This document shows, piece by piece, positions 11,281-25,682 of a stretch of 37,266 bases of DNA (position 1 is its first letter; each line of letters opens with the position of its first letter). Source of the DNA: Atractiella rhizophila (Eukaryota); contig MU271299.1 of the NCBI GenBank assembly GCA_021432655.1, forward strand, positions 65,545-102,810, in the 5' to 3' direction. Below the pieces are notes generated by a model. That model saw only the letters and a program-made list of their open reading frames with translations. It ran no database searches and was not told the DNA's origin. The position numbers and the translations under genes are program-made.

Positions 11281-14200
11281 TCATTGAAAAGTGAAGAAAG
11301 GGTCCCACTGAAAGTGAGCACTAAGCATTCCACATGAAGCAAGAGAAAAAGGGGACTCACCGTGACACTCTGGACCAGTCCAAAGTTGCCAAAAATGTCA
11401 TTCTGGACGAACTGATCGATCTGCTCTCCACCAGTCAAAGGCATCCAGTTCGAATCGCTCATCGAAACGAGCAGATCGTCCATCGAGAGCTCAGGCATTG
11501 GCATATCCTGCTGCCCACGGTGCTGTTGCTCGTCCAGTGCACCGTTTGCACTGCCACTGATAGTTTGCGATTGGTCTTGTTCCGGCAATGGGTCAAGGTA
11601 TAAATTGGTCTGGTTGTTAGGGCTCGTCGCCCGCGTCGAGCAAGATTCTTTAAGTAAGGCATTCAGACGGTCAGCGTAGATCTTGGACCGTCCGAAACGG
11701 TGAGAAGGGTAGACACCGAAGCTTTCAAGGAGTGTTACGACTCGTCGTAGGAGGTGGTAAATGTTGGGTTCGATGGGTTGACTTGATTCTTTCCATAGCA
11801 ATAGCTGAGATCAGAGCATACATCAATAACATGTCCAATTTCAAGGGTGATAAAATACCTTGAGAGCGAACGTAGCAGCGTATCCGATCATCATACAGGT
11901 ATTATTGACGAGATACCTGAGTTCTTCTCCTGCTTCTACGAATGCTTGACAGGTTTGCAACGCTGCTATGAGACATTCATGCAACATCGTGGACTCAGAC
12001 GGATGCCCGAGGTGGTCCTTGAGGACGACAATGAGGATGGAGAGCTGAGTATGACAGCCGACAAGATTGAGGTAGGAAACTTGTGAGCCAGATGATGAGT
12101 TCTGCTCCTCATTCTAGAGAAGAAAAGGAGAGCGTACAGGTCCGCGATTTAGGCAACCAATCGTTCCTCCACATGGTCCTGAACACCGATGATATAAGGA
12201 GATGTCCAGGCAGTCAAGTGATGGAGACGCACATAAAATCCGCCGTGATAGCCTTCACCACTGCGGGACTGCTCTTGGGTTTAACCTGCATCTGTTGGGC
12301 CGTCGGAAATGCTGTATTCTCTGGAGCATTCGATACTTGTCTCAGGATATGTGGCTACATAGACCGTCGGTTCGAGGGCTCAGAAATCGAAGAAACCGAG
12401 CAGGAAGGAAATGGCACACCAGTTTACGACGAATCACCACTAGAGCGGCGACGGTCCAATCCTCTGGAACAGCAGAAGGATCGTTAGCCCACTGTTCCAC
12501 TGATTGTACAAGGTCGTTTTCTGGTATGGAGAAGATCCAAGGGTGTCCATGTAAGAGAGCTAGTCTGTCGTTGGAGAGTCAGCACACAGGGTAACATGGA
12601 GGAAGCGAGGTAGGTACCCGCGATCGAAACAGAATAAAGTGAGATAAGTCCTCTCATAAGACCTGACATGTAATTTTCCCTCGTGTGGAAGGTCGGTCTG
12701 AAGGGTCGGACGACGAATTTGGTGAAATTTGTAGTTTGCAAAGTTGAGGTAGGTCGAGGTTTGGTCAAGGGAGAAGTGGGGACTTGCATCCTTCGTTCAT
12801 TACGTTCAACGGATGAATGGAAGAGTAACGGAGATGGAGGAAGGGAGAGGCGCACCAGCCAGGGACAAATAATGCAAAGCGCCTGAACTAATTCTAACGA
12901 GCTCCCTCCTTCAACGAGCACGTGTCCAAGCATGGTCTTCAAATGCTGATCTAGGCGTTGAGAGGTGGCTTGATACCCCTCAAGGAACCTGCACATGGTG
13001 ACGCCGTCAATTTCAACAGCGAATGAGATACGCGACTCACTTGGAAGCTGAAGCGAGTATGGAAACAAATAGAAATGTGCTCCTTTCCCTCACCTCTTGT
13101 CTTCCTTGAATCCTCTCGTCCACTAATGCGACCATGGGCTGAAGGTTTTTATTGAACCTAATACCAACGGCGCGGAATAGATCAGCAGATTCAAGTAGGG
13201 GAGAGGTCAACGAACATCTCAAACATCTCCTGGGCTTCTTTCTCCGTACAAATGCCGACCACGATGGGATCGAAGTCTTCACAATAAGCTAGTGTGGAAG
13301 GGATGGAGAGCATGTCACCGAAATAACTGGAGTGGTGGACCTCAGCATTCATCTTCGTCCTATTCATCGGCCGGTAGGTGGTAGACACCACCCTCCCACT
13401 CGAGGTCCCCAACCGGGGAATTTCTGACGGCTTCCGCTCCGCCAACATCTCCAAAGGCGTGTGCGTGAACTTGGTGCTCGCTGGCGGTTCTTGGGCAACC
13501 GCTGAGGGAAGATCGATTTGGGGTTGTGCCCTGAGAGTGGGGGGAGGATGAGGGGGTGGCGGGTGAGAATGAGGATGAGGCTGTGGGTGGTGGGCATGAG
13601 CATGAGCAGTGTAGGTGGTCGAAGGTGGCATTCCCCCAAGAAGGAGGAGGTTGGATACGCCGTCCGAGTGGGAATGGGAATGGGAGTGTTGGAGAGGCGG
13701 TGGGGGAGGAGGAGCGGCGTGCTGAGGCGGATACGTCGGCGGATGGTGTTGAATTTGGTTATGAGGAGAATGTTGGTCTCCTGGTGCCATTGGGAACACA
13801 TTTTTGGGTTGACCATAGGTTGGAGTGGTGAGTTGGACCACTGGGATATCAGAGGCGGAGCTGGTTGAGGTCGATGGGAGGTTGATGAGCTGATTGACTG
13901 GTGTCACAGCCGCCGAGGACCCAGAATGATGATGTTCGTGAGGGGAGTGTCCGATTGGCCCGTTAGGGAACTGAGACACATGGTGAGGGTGCTGGTGAGG
14001 GTGCTGCTGCTGGCTGAAAGATAGTGCCGCCTTCCCTCCATCTAGCAGCGCCTGCAAGCCCTCGCCTCCGCTAGGACCTCCATTAGCACTCCCTCCACCT
14101 GCTTTCAAAGCGTCCTCCAGAACCTCTATCGCCTTCGTCAGCTTCTTGGTTTTGTGGTACCTATCCAAATGCAAAATCAGAGTCTCATTCTGGGGTTTGC

Positions 14201-14490
14201 TGGCAAGACATAACCACCAAATGAGAGAAAAAAGACTCACTCGACCGGTTCAGTCCTCCTACGTCCAGACTGGCGAGCTCGGGTCTCACAGACGACGTTG
14301 GCTGCCTCACATCGTTTGCAGGTCTCGTTCTCGTTATTTCGCACACATTTCATCTTGCCTGTCCAAGAACTGAGCGTGAGCAGCTAGACTGACGACCAGA
14401 AAGAAACAAACTGGTGCGACAATACATGCACGCAGTGGCGATAGTGCTCGACTTCTCCCTCCTCTTCCTTGTGGCCTTCTCCTCACTCCC
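11281..14490 (-). pseudogene. Zn2Cys6 transcription factor, downstream partial copy: lacks promoter and first 16 codons, retains native C-terminus
   Basis: Near-identical to 14491-17574. Begins at GSEEKATRK at the duplication junction. Modelled end ...QNDIFGNFGLVQSVT|WDPFFTFQ* at 11281. Confidence 0.7.
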
Positions 14491-17400
14491 ACGAACTGAT
14501 CGATCTGCTCTCCACCAGTCAAAGGCATCCAGTTCGAATCGCTCATCGAAACGAGCAGATCGTCCATCGAGAGCTCAGGCATTGGCATATCCTGCTGCCC
14601 ACGGTGCTGTTGCTCGTCCAGTGCACCGTTTGCACTGCCACTGATGGTGTGGGAATGGTCTTGTTCCGGCAATGGGTCAAGGTATAAATTGGCCTGGTTG
14701 TTAGGGCTCGTCGCCCGCGTCGAGCAGGATTCTTTAAGTAAGGCATTCAGACGGTCAGCGTAGATCTTGGACCGTCCGAAACGGTGAGAAGGGTAGACAC
14801 CGAAACTTTCAAGGAGTGTTACCACTCGTCGTAGGAGGTGGTAAATGTTGGGTTCGATGGGTTGACTTGATTCTTTCCATAGCAATAGCTGAAATCAGAG
14901 CATACATCAATAACACGTCCAATTTCAAGGGTGATAAAATACCTTGAGAGCGAACGTAGCAGCGTATCCGATCATCATACAGGTATTATTGACGAGATAC
15001 CTGAGTTCTTCTCCTGCTTCTACGAATGCTTGACAGGTTTGCAACGCTGCTATGAGACATTCATGCAACATCGTGGACTCAGACGGATGCCCGAGGTGGT
15101 CCTTGAGGACGACAATGAGGATGGAGAGCTGAGTATGACAGCCGACAAGATTGAGGTAGGAAACTTGTGAGCCAGATGATGAGTTCTGCTCCTCATTCTA
15201 GAGAAGAAAAGGAGAGCGTACAGGTCCGCGATTTAGGCAACCAATCGTTCCTCCACATGGTCCTGAACACCGATGATATAAGGAGATGTCCAGGCAGTCA
15301 AGTGATGGAGACGCACATAAAATCCGCCGTGATAGCCTTCACCACTGCGGGACTGCTCTTGGGTTTAACCTGCATCTGTTGGGCAGTCGGAAATGCTGTA
15401 TTCTCTGGAGCATTCGATACTTGTCTCAGGATATGTGGCTACATAGACCGTCGGTTCGAGGGCTCAGAAATCGAAGAAACCGAGCAGGAAGGAAATGGCA
15501 CACCAGTTTACGACGAATCACCACTAGAGCGGCGACGGTCCAATCCTCTGGAACAGCAGAAGGATCGTTAGCCCACTGTTCCACTGATTGTACAAGGTCG
15601 TTTTCTGGTATGGAGAAGATCCAAGGGTGTCCATGTAAGAGAGCTAGTCTGTCGTTGGAGAGTCAGCACACAGGGTAACATGGAGGAAGCGAGGTAGGTA
15701 CCCGCGATCGAAACAGAATAAAGTGAGATAAGTCCTCTCATAAGACCTGACATGTAATTTTCCCTCGTGTGGAAGGTCGGTCTGAAGGGTCGGACGACGA
15801 ATTTGGTGAAATTTGTAGTTTGCAAAGTTGAGGTAGGTCGAGGTTTGGTCAAGGGAGAAGTGGGGACTTGCATCCTTCGTTCATTACGTTCAACGGATGA
15901 ATGGAAGAGTAACGGAGATGGAGGAAGGGAGAGGCGCACCAGCCAGGGACAAATAATGCAAAGCGCCTGAACTAATTCTAACGAGCTCCCTCCTTCAACG
16001 AGCACGTGTCCAAGCATGGTCTTCAAATGCTGATCTAGGCGTTGAGAGGTGGCTTGATACCCCTCAAGGAACCTGCACATGGTGACGCCGTCAATTTCAA
16101 CAGCGAATGAGATACGCGACTCACTTGGAAGCTGAAGCGAGTATGGAAACAAATAGAAATGTGCTCCTTTCCCTCACCTCTTGTCTTCCTTGAATCCTCT
16201 CGTCCACTAATGCGACCATGGGCTGAAGGTTTTTATTGAACCTAATACCAACGGCGCGGAATAGATCAGCAGATTCAAGTAGGGGAGAGGTCAACGAACA
16301 TCTCAAACATCTCCTGGGCTTCTTTCTCCGTACAAATGCCGACCACGATGGGATCGAAGTCTTCACAATAAGCTAGTGTGGAAGGGATGGAGAGCATGTC
16401 ACCGAAATAACTGGCGTGGTGGACCTCAGCATTCATCTTCGTCCTATTCATCGGCCGGTAGGTGGTAGACACCACCCTCCCACTCGAGGTCCCCAACCGG
16501 GGAATTTCTGACGGCTTCCGCTCCGCCAACATCTCCAAAGGCGTGTGCGTGAACTTGGTGCTCGCTGGCGGTTCTTGGGCAACCGCTGAGGGAAGATCGA
16601 TTTGGGGTTGTGCCCTGAGAGTGGGGGGAGGATGAGGGGGTGGCGGGTGAGAATGAGGATGAGGCTGTGGGTGGTGGGCATGAGCATGAGCAGTGTAGGT
16701 GGTCGAAGGTGGCATTCCCCCAAGAAGGAGGAGGTTGGATACGCCGTCCGAGTGGGAATGGGAATGGGAGTGTTGGAGAGGCGGTGGGGGAGGAGGAGCG
16801 GCGTGCTGAGGCGGATACGTCGGCGGATGGTGTTGAATTTGGTTATGAGGAGAATGTTGGTCTCCTGGTGCCATTGGGAACACATTTTTGGGTTGACCAT
16901 AGGTTGGAGTGGTGAGTTGGACCACTGGGATATCAGAGGCGGAGCTGGTTGAGGTCGATGGGAGGTTGATGAGCTGATTGACTGGTGTCACAGCCGCCGA
17001 GGACCCAGAATGATGATGTTCGTGAGGGGAGTGTCCGATTGGCCCGTTAGGGAACTGGGACACATGGTGAGGGTGCTGGTGAGGGTGCTGCTGCTGGCTG
17101 AAAGATAGTGCCGCCTTCCCTCCATCTATCAGCGCCTGCAAGCCCTCGCCTCCGCTAGGACCTCCATTAGCACTCCCTCCACCTGCTTTCAAAGCGTCCT
17201 CTAGAACCTCTATCGCCTTCGTCAGCTTCTTGGTTTTGTGGTACCTATCCAAATGCAAAATCAGAGTCTCATTCTGGGGTTTGCTGGCAAGACATAACCA
17301 CCAAATGAGAGAAAAAAGACTCACTCGACCGGTTCAGTCCTCCTACGTCCAGACTGGCGAGCTCGGGTCTCACAGACGACGTTGGCTGCCTCACATCGTT

Positions 17401-17574
17401 TGCAGGTCTCGTTCTCGTTATTTCGCACACATTTCATCTTGCCTGTCCAAGAACTGAGCGTGAGCAGCTAGACTGACGACCAGAAAGAAACAAACTGGTG
17501 CGACAATACATGCACGCAGTGGCGATAGTGCTCGACTTCTCCCTCCTCTTCCTTGTGGCCTTCTCCTCACTCCC
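11407..17574. repeat. Head-to-tail tandem duplication, 2 x 3084 bp (11407-14490 and 14491-17574)
   Basis: ORFs recur at a constant 3084 offset (11847/14931, 13191/16275). Junction CTCACTCCC|ACGAACTGAT at 14490/14491. About 15-20 substitutions seen by eye and no net indel. Confidence 0.97.
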
Positions 17575-17622
17575 TAGCCCTCCCGCATTGAGGGAATCAT
17601 TGTTATGTGGATGCTGCATCAT
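14491..17622 (-). CDS. Fungal Zn2Cys6 (GAL4-type) transcription factor, upstream copy, C-terminus cut by the duplication junction
   Basis: ATG at 17622. Spliced N-terminus gives CMYC-RTSKMK-C-VRNNENET-C-KR-C-EAANVV-C (Cx2Cx6Cx8Cx2Cx6C), then a His/Pro/Gln-rich region and a fungal TF middle region (DPIVVGICTEKEAQEMFEM..FNKNLQPMVALVD, SSLELVQAL). Confidence 0.88.
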
Positions 17623-18063
17623 CCTCCGAGTTCTGTCCTAGGCTCCTGGAAAATTATATTATCTGTCTAAATTAACAATATTTTGTACTTTTACGCGGCT
17701 GCAGGGCGCCTATGTTGGGGAAGTGAGGAGGAGCTTGATGACTGTATTGCTAAATTACCATATTCCCACCGTGAGTCAATTTGTGGGACCGGAGCCAAGG
17801 TAGGCGGTGCTACCTTCCAGTGGCAACAGCTATGATTTTGATGTTATCTTATCGACATTACTGAAATATTGCGACAACTTGCACTTTGCGACTGGCAGGA
17901 CAAGAATTTTGATGCTGCGAATCAATGCATTCGATAACTAATCAGGCACACGTGCAAAATCTACTGGTACATTCCTTCATCCATCATAGCATGCGTATCC
18001 GATCCAAAATACGATCAATTCATAAGGTATCAAAGGAGACAGCCTGTCTCAAGGGGACAGCGC

Positions 18064-20772
18064 CTAATAGACGTAACGGAACTGTTCCAAACCCAACCAC
18101 ATCAGCGTCACCACCTCACACGATTTAAAAGAGTGAGAGAGCTCACATTAGGGTTCTGCACATCCGTCAAGTCCGCAAAAGCAGTCTCATTCTTCTCCGG
18201 ACCGACTCCTCCTCCCACCTTCGCCTTGGCCTCCCTCCTTCGATTCTCGTACCAATACCAAACACCGAGGAGGACGCAGGCGACGAACTCGATGAGAATC
18301 GAGATCAACATCGACCTCAGGCCGAGGTTGAAAACTGGCGCCTCCTCCGTCTTGTAGAAGAACGGCCCAGCCAGATTACCCGTCGCCATACCCACGAAGG
18401 TGACGGCCGAGGTGAGAATCTTTTTGGTGTGACCTGCCGTGTTTGACACGATAAGAGACAAGACCTGCAATTGATCATCGTCAATCTTTCGTTGGGTATA
18501 TAGAACGGCTGGGGAGCGCACCATGATGTAAGTCAGGTTGAAGGGAGCGGTGAGGTAGTAGCAGATCAGACGAGGGACCTTCTGATCAGGATCGGTGAGC
18601 ATAAGGCCTTCATCCGACATATGTCGTTGGTGTCAACGGAGGAGGAGAGAAGTAAGACACCAACCGAGAGCTCCAGCGATATTGGGAAGGCACGAAAAAG
18701 CAGCAATGAACGCCCGCTTATTCTTGCAACTGTCGTCACCATTTCATGTCTCTTCCATAACGCAGGAAAGGGAGAGATGCGCACTGGTGGTTGATAAACA
18801 CCCCTCCGAGCACCCAGAAGAATGCAAAGAAACCATATGGCACTTGCAGCACCGTTGTCGTGAGAGTCGAGAATCCGAAACCTGTGTCCATTCCATCACA
18901 AGTATAAACATGAAGCTATACAAACGGGAAGAAGAAAAGTGAAGAGTGAAAGGGAGCCAGACGAACCCTTGATGATTTGAGTACCAAAGTTTGAGATCCC
19001 TCCATTGATCAAATTGGAGCTGATGCCGACGGCGAAGTAAAGGAGGGTAGGCACGGAAGTGAAGGTCTCCTTGACCTGGTCCCACTTGAAATGTTTATCT
19101 TCCAGACCCGTCTGGTTCTCCTGAATCCTGGCCTACACGCGATCCGATGAATACGCAAGATCTCTTTGATGAGGAAGAGAGATAATGGATTGGGGGACGC
19201 ACGATTTGCATCATCCGCTCCTTCTTAGTAAACAGGTGCGTGTTCGCAGGGCTGTCGGGGAGAACCCAGAACATTGTGACTCCCCAAATAAAACAGAGGG
19301 CACCAATGATCAGGAATTCGTATTTCCAACTAGGGATCGAAGACTGTCATCGACACCACCAATATATCAGTATATGAAACGTGAGTGGATGAAGAATGGA
19401 AAGAATGAACAGGGGAGACAAACATCAGGAATAGATCCGATGCCGTATCCCAACAACCCTCCCAGAGCGATTCCGATCCCAATAGCGGAGAACCAGATGC
19501 CCATCCTCAAGGGTTGTTCTTTACGTGTGTACCACATTCCGGTGATGATCATGAATGCCTTCCCATCGCAACAATCCAAATCAGTCGACGAGGTCAAAGG
19601 AAGCAAAAAAGAATGAGGAAGAATCACAGGATCCGCTGTCCCCTCCGCCATCCCGCTCAAGAACCTCAGAGCGCCCAACTCGCCAAAACTCTTGCAAGCG
19701 GCTTGACACATGAGGAGTACTCCCCAAATCGTGATCCTAACCACGCATTACACGTATGTTAGCCTCCTCTTTGTTCGGAGAGAAAGCTGACGCACGAAAA
19801 GGCAAGATATTTTCCCACTGGTAGACGCTGGATCAAAAGATTGGTAGGAACAGCCCAAGTCTAGGTGCACAATCAGCCCTAGAATTGTACCAGTGAAGGA
19901 AAACGAACGAGCCATCCAAAGTAGAAGAGGGAGGAGAGCCAAGAGTACTCCGTGCCAACGAGGTGCAGATCGTCCTTGAGACCAAATACAGCGGCGTATT
20001 GGAGCGTGGTTTTATCGATGTACTGTCGCATTGCAATGTCAGACGGACCAGAGGGGAGGGAGAGGGAAACGTACGTAGAAGGCATTGCAAATGATGATGC
20101 ACACCAAAATGATCTTGTCCACCTTTGTGATCAACGCCCTCTTCTCTTCCGCCGGGATCGCGGACTCGTCTGGGTAGGTGGCTAATGCCTGTGCAATGGT
20201 GGCGCATTAGCTTATGACAGTGTGTTGAAGTAAAAGGAAAGGAGATCGGCAATGTAGAAATTGGAGGTCGGTTAGAAATGTATCAGAAGGAGGCGATATT
20301 GCAAAGTATGAGAGAGCATAACAATACAGAAGAAAGACGAGATGGAAAAGGGAAAGGTTGGAAGAAGGGAATGAAAATGAGAAACGCGGGAGGAAGAAAG
20401 AAAAAGATAGAGAGTAGGCATATTGAACAAAGATAGAAAGACGGAGAAAAGAGAAGAAGGAAGGATAGAGCAAAGATAGGGCTAAAGATAAAGATATTCT
20501 AAGATAGAAAGATGGCTCACCTGCGCTATCTCTTTAGTATTATCTGGTTTGTAGACCAATCGCTTCCAAAGCGACCTCTTCTCTGCGCCATAGTCTGAAG
20601 AACCAGCATCCCAATCTTGGCCTCCCTTGGGAAGAGCAGGATGATGGGTTGGCGACGACTCTATCATCTCCACATCCTCCTTCCTCTTCTCAAGGGAAGA
20701 AGGGGCTGGCGATGGAGAGGAGTGCTCCTTTTCCTTGATATCTCTCTCATCGTAAGACATTGGCTGGGACAT
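18064..20772 (-). CDS. MFS transporter, allantoate permease (DAL5)/anion:cation symporter family
   Basis: QYIDKTTLQYAAVFGLKDDLHL..EYSWLSSLFYFGWL, LRFLSGMAEG, WYTRKEQPLRMGIWF, SNTAGHTKK, ENRRRE, AFADLTDVQNPN|FRYVY* (TAG 18064-18066). Confidence 0.93.
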
Positions 20773-21226
20773 TGCTGCTTGACTACCTCGATATTCGTTC
20801 GTGGCTGACCAACTGAGTTTGAATTATGCGCTGCGCTAGTTAAGTGTTGAGTTGTTGAGTTGTGTGGATGGGGACAGAAGTTAACAGTGACGCCGCGAAT
20901 GAACCAGCTGTAAGCGTGAGCGTTAGTGGATTCGAAACGCGGGGTAACGCCCGAGTGAAGGATATGCGGTTTTTAAACTCTTCCTCGCTCGATACGCCCC
21001 TTTCCAACTAAAACACCGGGGTTCCATCACTGTACGGCGTTCTGCGTTGATGAGGAAACAAATGTGTCGGCGTTTTTCATCATAAACTATTTTTTGCTGA
21101 GCAGAGTCATTTCGGAGATTTGAAGGAGAATTTGAAAAAGGGAAGAACGCCGTCGGCGTTTACTCTTAATTCTATTACGGGATATCACATGATCTACTGA
21201 AATCCACCAGCAACAACCAACTTACA
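20773..21226. promoter_or_regulatory. Bidirectional promoter (MFS / thiolase copy 1) with five AACRCCG motifs
   Basis: AACACCG at 21012, CGGCGTT at 21035 and 21068, palindrome AACGCCG-T-CGGCGTT at 21146-21160. Confidence 0.7.
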
Positions 21227-22727
21227 ATGGCATTGCAGGATATCCTCACCCGCTCGCCAGACGATATCGTCATTCGTCAGTCCTTTATTCCTGTCTCTTC
21301 ATTGCATCTTCTCTTCCGTCACCTTGGTGGACATTATGAGAAGTACTGAGCAAGCTTCAACAGTATCCGCCAAACGCACGCCGCTCTGTCGAGCAAAAAT
21401 GGGCGGTCTAAAGGATAGCAAATTTGAGGACCTGCTCTCTACCAGTCTACGAGCGGTACTACATGAAGGAGGAGTGCCAGCTGACAAGGTGGAAGAGGTA
21501 TGCATCGGCACTGGTCCGTCTTCCTCTTTCCCTTCTCTTGACAACATACAGTATACGCTGATTACCCCTGGACTTTGTGATCTTGAAGTCAGGACACCGA
21601 GAGGAGGAGCCTCCATTTCCCGCATGGCCGCCATCCATGCTGGCATCACCACAAAATCCACCGTCAGCACCGTCAATCGTCAGTGCTCTTCTGGCCTTCA
21701 GGCTGTGTGGAACGTCGCCCTCAGTATCAAGAACGGGGACATTGATATTGGCATCGGAGGAGGGGCGGAGTGCATGACCATGCATTATAATACAAAGGTG
21801 GTGGAACATGAAGTCAGTTTTTCACTTTCCTCCCTATATCTTTTCTCCCCATATGTTTCATTTCTTTGCTGCTATTGTCACATTGAGCCTCTTTTCTTTC
21901 CTTTCATTGTGTCGCATCAAATTGATCACAATTTCCGCCTCGGTCAACAGGTCTCGGAAGATGTGATGAGCACTAAAGCAGCAGCAGACTGCTTGATACC
22001 TATGGGAATAACAAACGAAAACGTAGCGACACTGTGCGTCCTCCTTTTCGAGCATACACACGAACAGAAAACTCTAACCCAAATACCGACAGGTATTCGA
22101 TCCCCCGCTCTTCTCAAGATGCCTTCGCAGCCTCCTCCTATTCTAAAGCCGAAAAGGCCCAAAAAACCGGCTTCTTCGCCGAAGAGATTGCTCCGGTCCT
22201 GGTACGGAGTAAGAAGAAGGGAGAGGACGGAAAAGTGGTGCGAGTGGAGAGCAAGGTGGAGGCGGACGACGGTATTCGATACGGTGTCACAGCCGAGGTG
22301 GGTGACGTACTCTACCCTTTCTCCCTTTCTCGGTTTCGGTCTGCAAAGATGAGGATGCGTACTGATTGGGTGGGTGGTGCATATACAGAGTCTGAGCACG
22401 ATCAAGCCCGCATTCAAAAAGGACGGGAGCACGCACGCGGGTAACGCCTCTCAACTGACAGATGGCGCGGCCGCTGTCCTCCTCGCGCGGAGGTCTGTGG
22501 CGGAAGCGATGGGGCTAGGGGATCGCATTAAAGGCAAGGTGGTTAGGGTCACAGGTGTCGGTGTACCTCCACATGTGAGCGCGTACCCTTCTCTTCCTGT
22601 CAGCTTGTTTGATGTTGGTATGCTGGTAGATCATGGGCGTGGGACCGGCTTTTGCGATCCCCAAGTTGTTGGAAAAAGAAGGACTTGGTATAGGAGACGT
22701 CGATTTCTTCGAAGTTCATCTCCTCCC

Positions 22728-22733
<6 letters not shown>
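21227..22733 (+). pseudogene. 3'-truncated copy of the 3-ketoacyl-CoA thiolase
   Basis: TVNRQCSSGLQA, MGITNENVA, HAGNASQLTDGAAAV and IMGVGP are present. The sequence breaks in the intron after ...DVDFFE at the poly-A, so the NEAF, GHPLG and final catalytic Cys exons are missing. Confidence 0.8.

Positions 22734-22779
<46 letters not shown>
22732..22779 (+). repeat. Homopolymer A48 at the duplication junction
   Basis: 48 consecutive A; the matching position in copy 2 reads CCTTTAAGTG (~25118-25127). Confidence 0.95.
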
Positions 22780-22781
<2 letters not shown>

Positions 22782-22909
22782 TGGATGACAGAAAAGATAG
22801 AGAGTAGACATTGAACAAAGATAGAGAGAGGAGAAAAGAGAAGGGAGGAAGGATAAAGCACAGATAAACCTAAAAGATAAAGATTATCTAAGATAGAAAG
22901 ATGGCTCAC

Positions 22910-23161
22910 CTGCGCAATCTCCTTAGTATTATCTGGTTTGTAGACCAATCGCTTCCAAAGCGACCTCTTCTCTGCGCCATACTCGGAAGAACCAGCATCC
23001 CAATCTTGGCCTCCCTTGGGAAGAGCAGGATGATGGGTTGGCGACGACTCTATCATCTCCACATCCTCCTTCCTCTTCTCAAGGGAAGAAGGGGCTGGCG
23101 ATGGAGAAGAGTGCTCCTTTTCCTTGATATCTCTCTCATCGTAAGACATTGGCTGGGACAT
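22910..23161 (-). pseudogene. Orphan duplicate of MFS exon 1
   Basis: MSQPMSYDERDIKE...KEIAQ, near-identical to 20521-20772, followed by an intron donor that runs into the A/T tract. Confidence 0.8.
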
Positions 23162-23615
23162 TGCTGCTTGACTACCTCGATATTCGTTCGTGGCTGACCA
23201 ACTGAGTTTGAATTATGCGCTGCGCTAGTTAAGTGTTGAGTTGTTGAGTTGTGTGGATGGGGACAGAAGTTAACAGTGACGCCGCGAATGAACCAGCTGT
23301 AAGCGTGAGCGTTAGTGGATTCGAAACGCGGGGTAACGCCCGAGTGAAGGATATGCGGTTTTTAAACTCTTCCTCGCTCGATACGCCCCTTTCCAACTAA
23401 AACACCGGGGTTCCATTACTGTACGGCGTTCTGCGTTGATGAGGAAACAAATGTGTCGGAGTTTTTCATCATAAACTATTTTTTGCTGAGCAGAGTCATT
23501 TCGGAGATTTGAAGGAGAATTTGAAAAAGGGTAGAACGCCGTCGGTGTTTACTCTTAACTATATTACGGGATATCACATGATCTACTGAAATCCACCAGC
23601 AACAACCAACTTACA
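23162..23615. promoter_or_regulatory. Duplicate bidirectional promoter upstream of the intact thiolase
   Basis: Motifs at 23401 and 23424, and 23535-23549 (AACGCCG-T-CGGTGTT). The site at 23457 has changed to CGGAGTT. Confidence 0.65.
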
Positions 23616-25485
<1,870 letters not shown>

Positions 25486-25682
25486 AGATGAAATCAAATA
25501 GCTATGTTGCGCATGGTGCAATCCACACGTAAAGGGAATAAAAATACTCTTTCCTGACCCAGTGTCGATATGCATGATATTCACTTACGAAGCAATGGAT
25601 ATGCGCGGCAAAATTCACTTGCACTTGAAGTACATTGCAAGCTTGTATCTTTAAATCGGCACAGCATTGAGGACTTCGCTTC

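Noticed and set aside
14334..14885. In-frame double-length TF fusion across the junction (3084 is divisible by 3)
   Set aside because: The unit includes introns; the junction reads GT|G GGA GTG, out of frame with the native GGG AGT GAG, and stops soon after.
11847..16952. Plus-strand ORFs repeated twice (e.g. 12083-12487/15167-15571, 13518-13868/16602-16952)
   Set aside because: Antisense shadows of the TF exons; they recur only because of the duplication.
22600..23161. ORFs ending in or containing poly-Phe (22600-22818, 22730-23161)
   Set aside because: Artefacts of reading the A48 tract on the minus strand through an intron.
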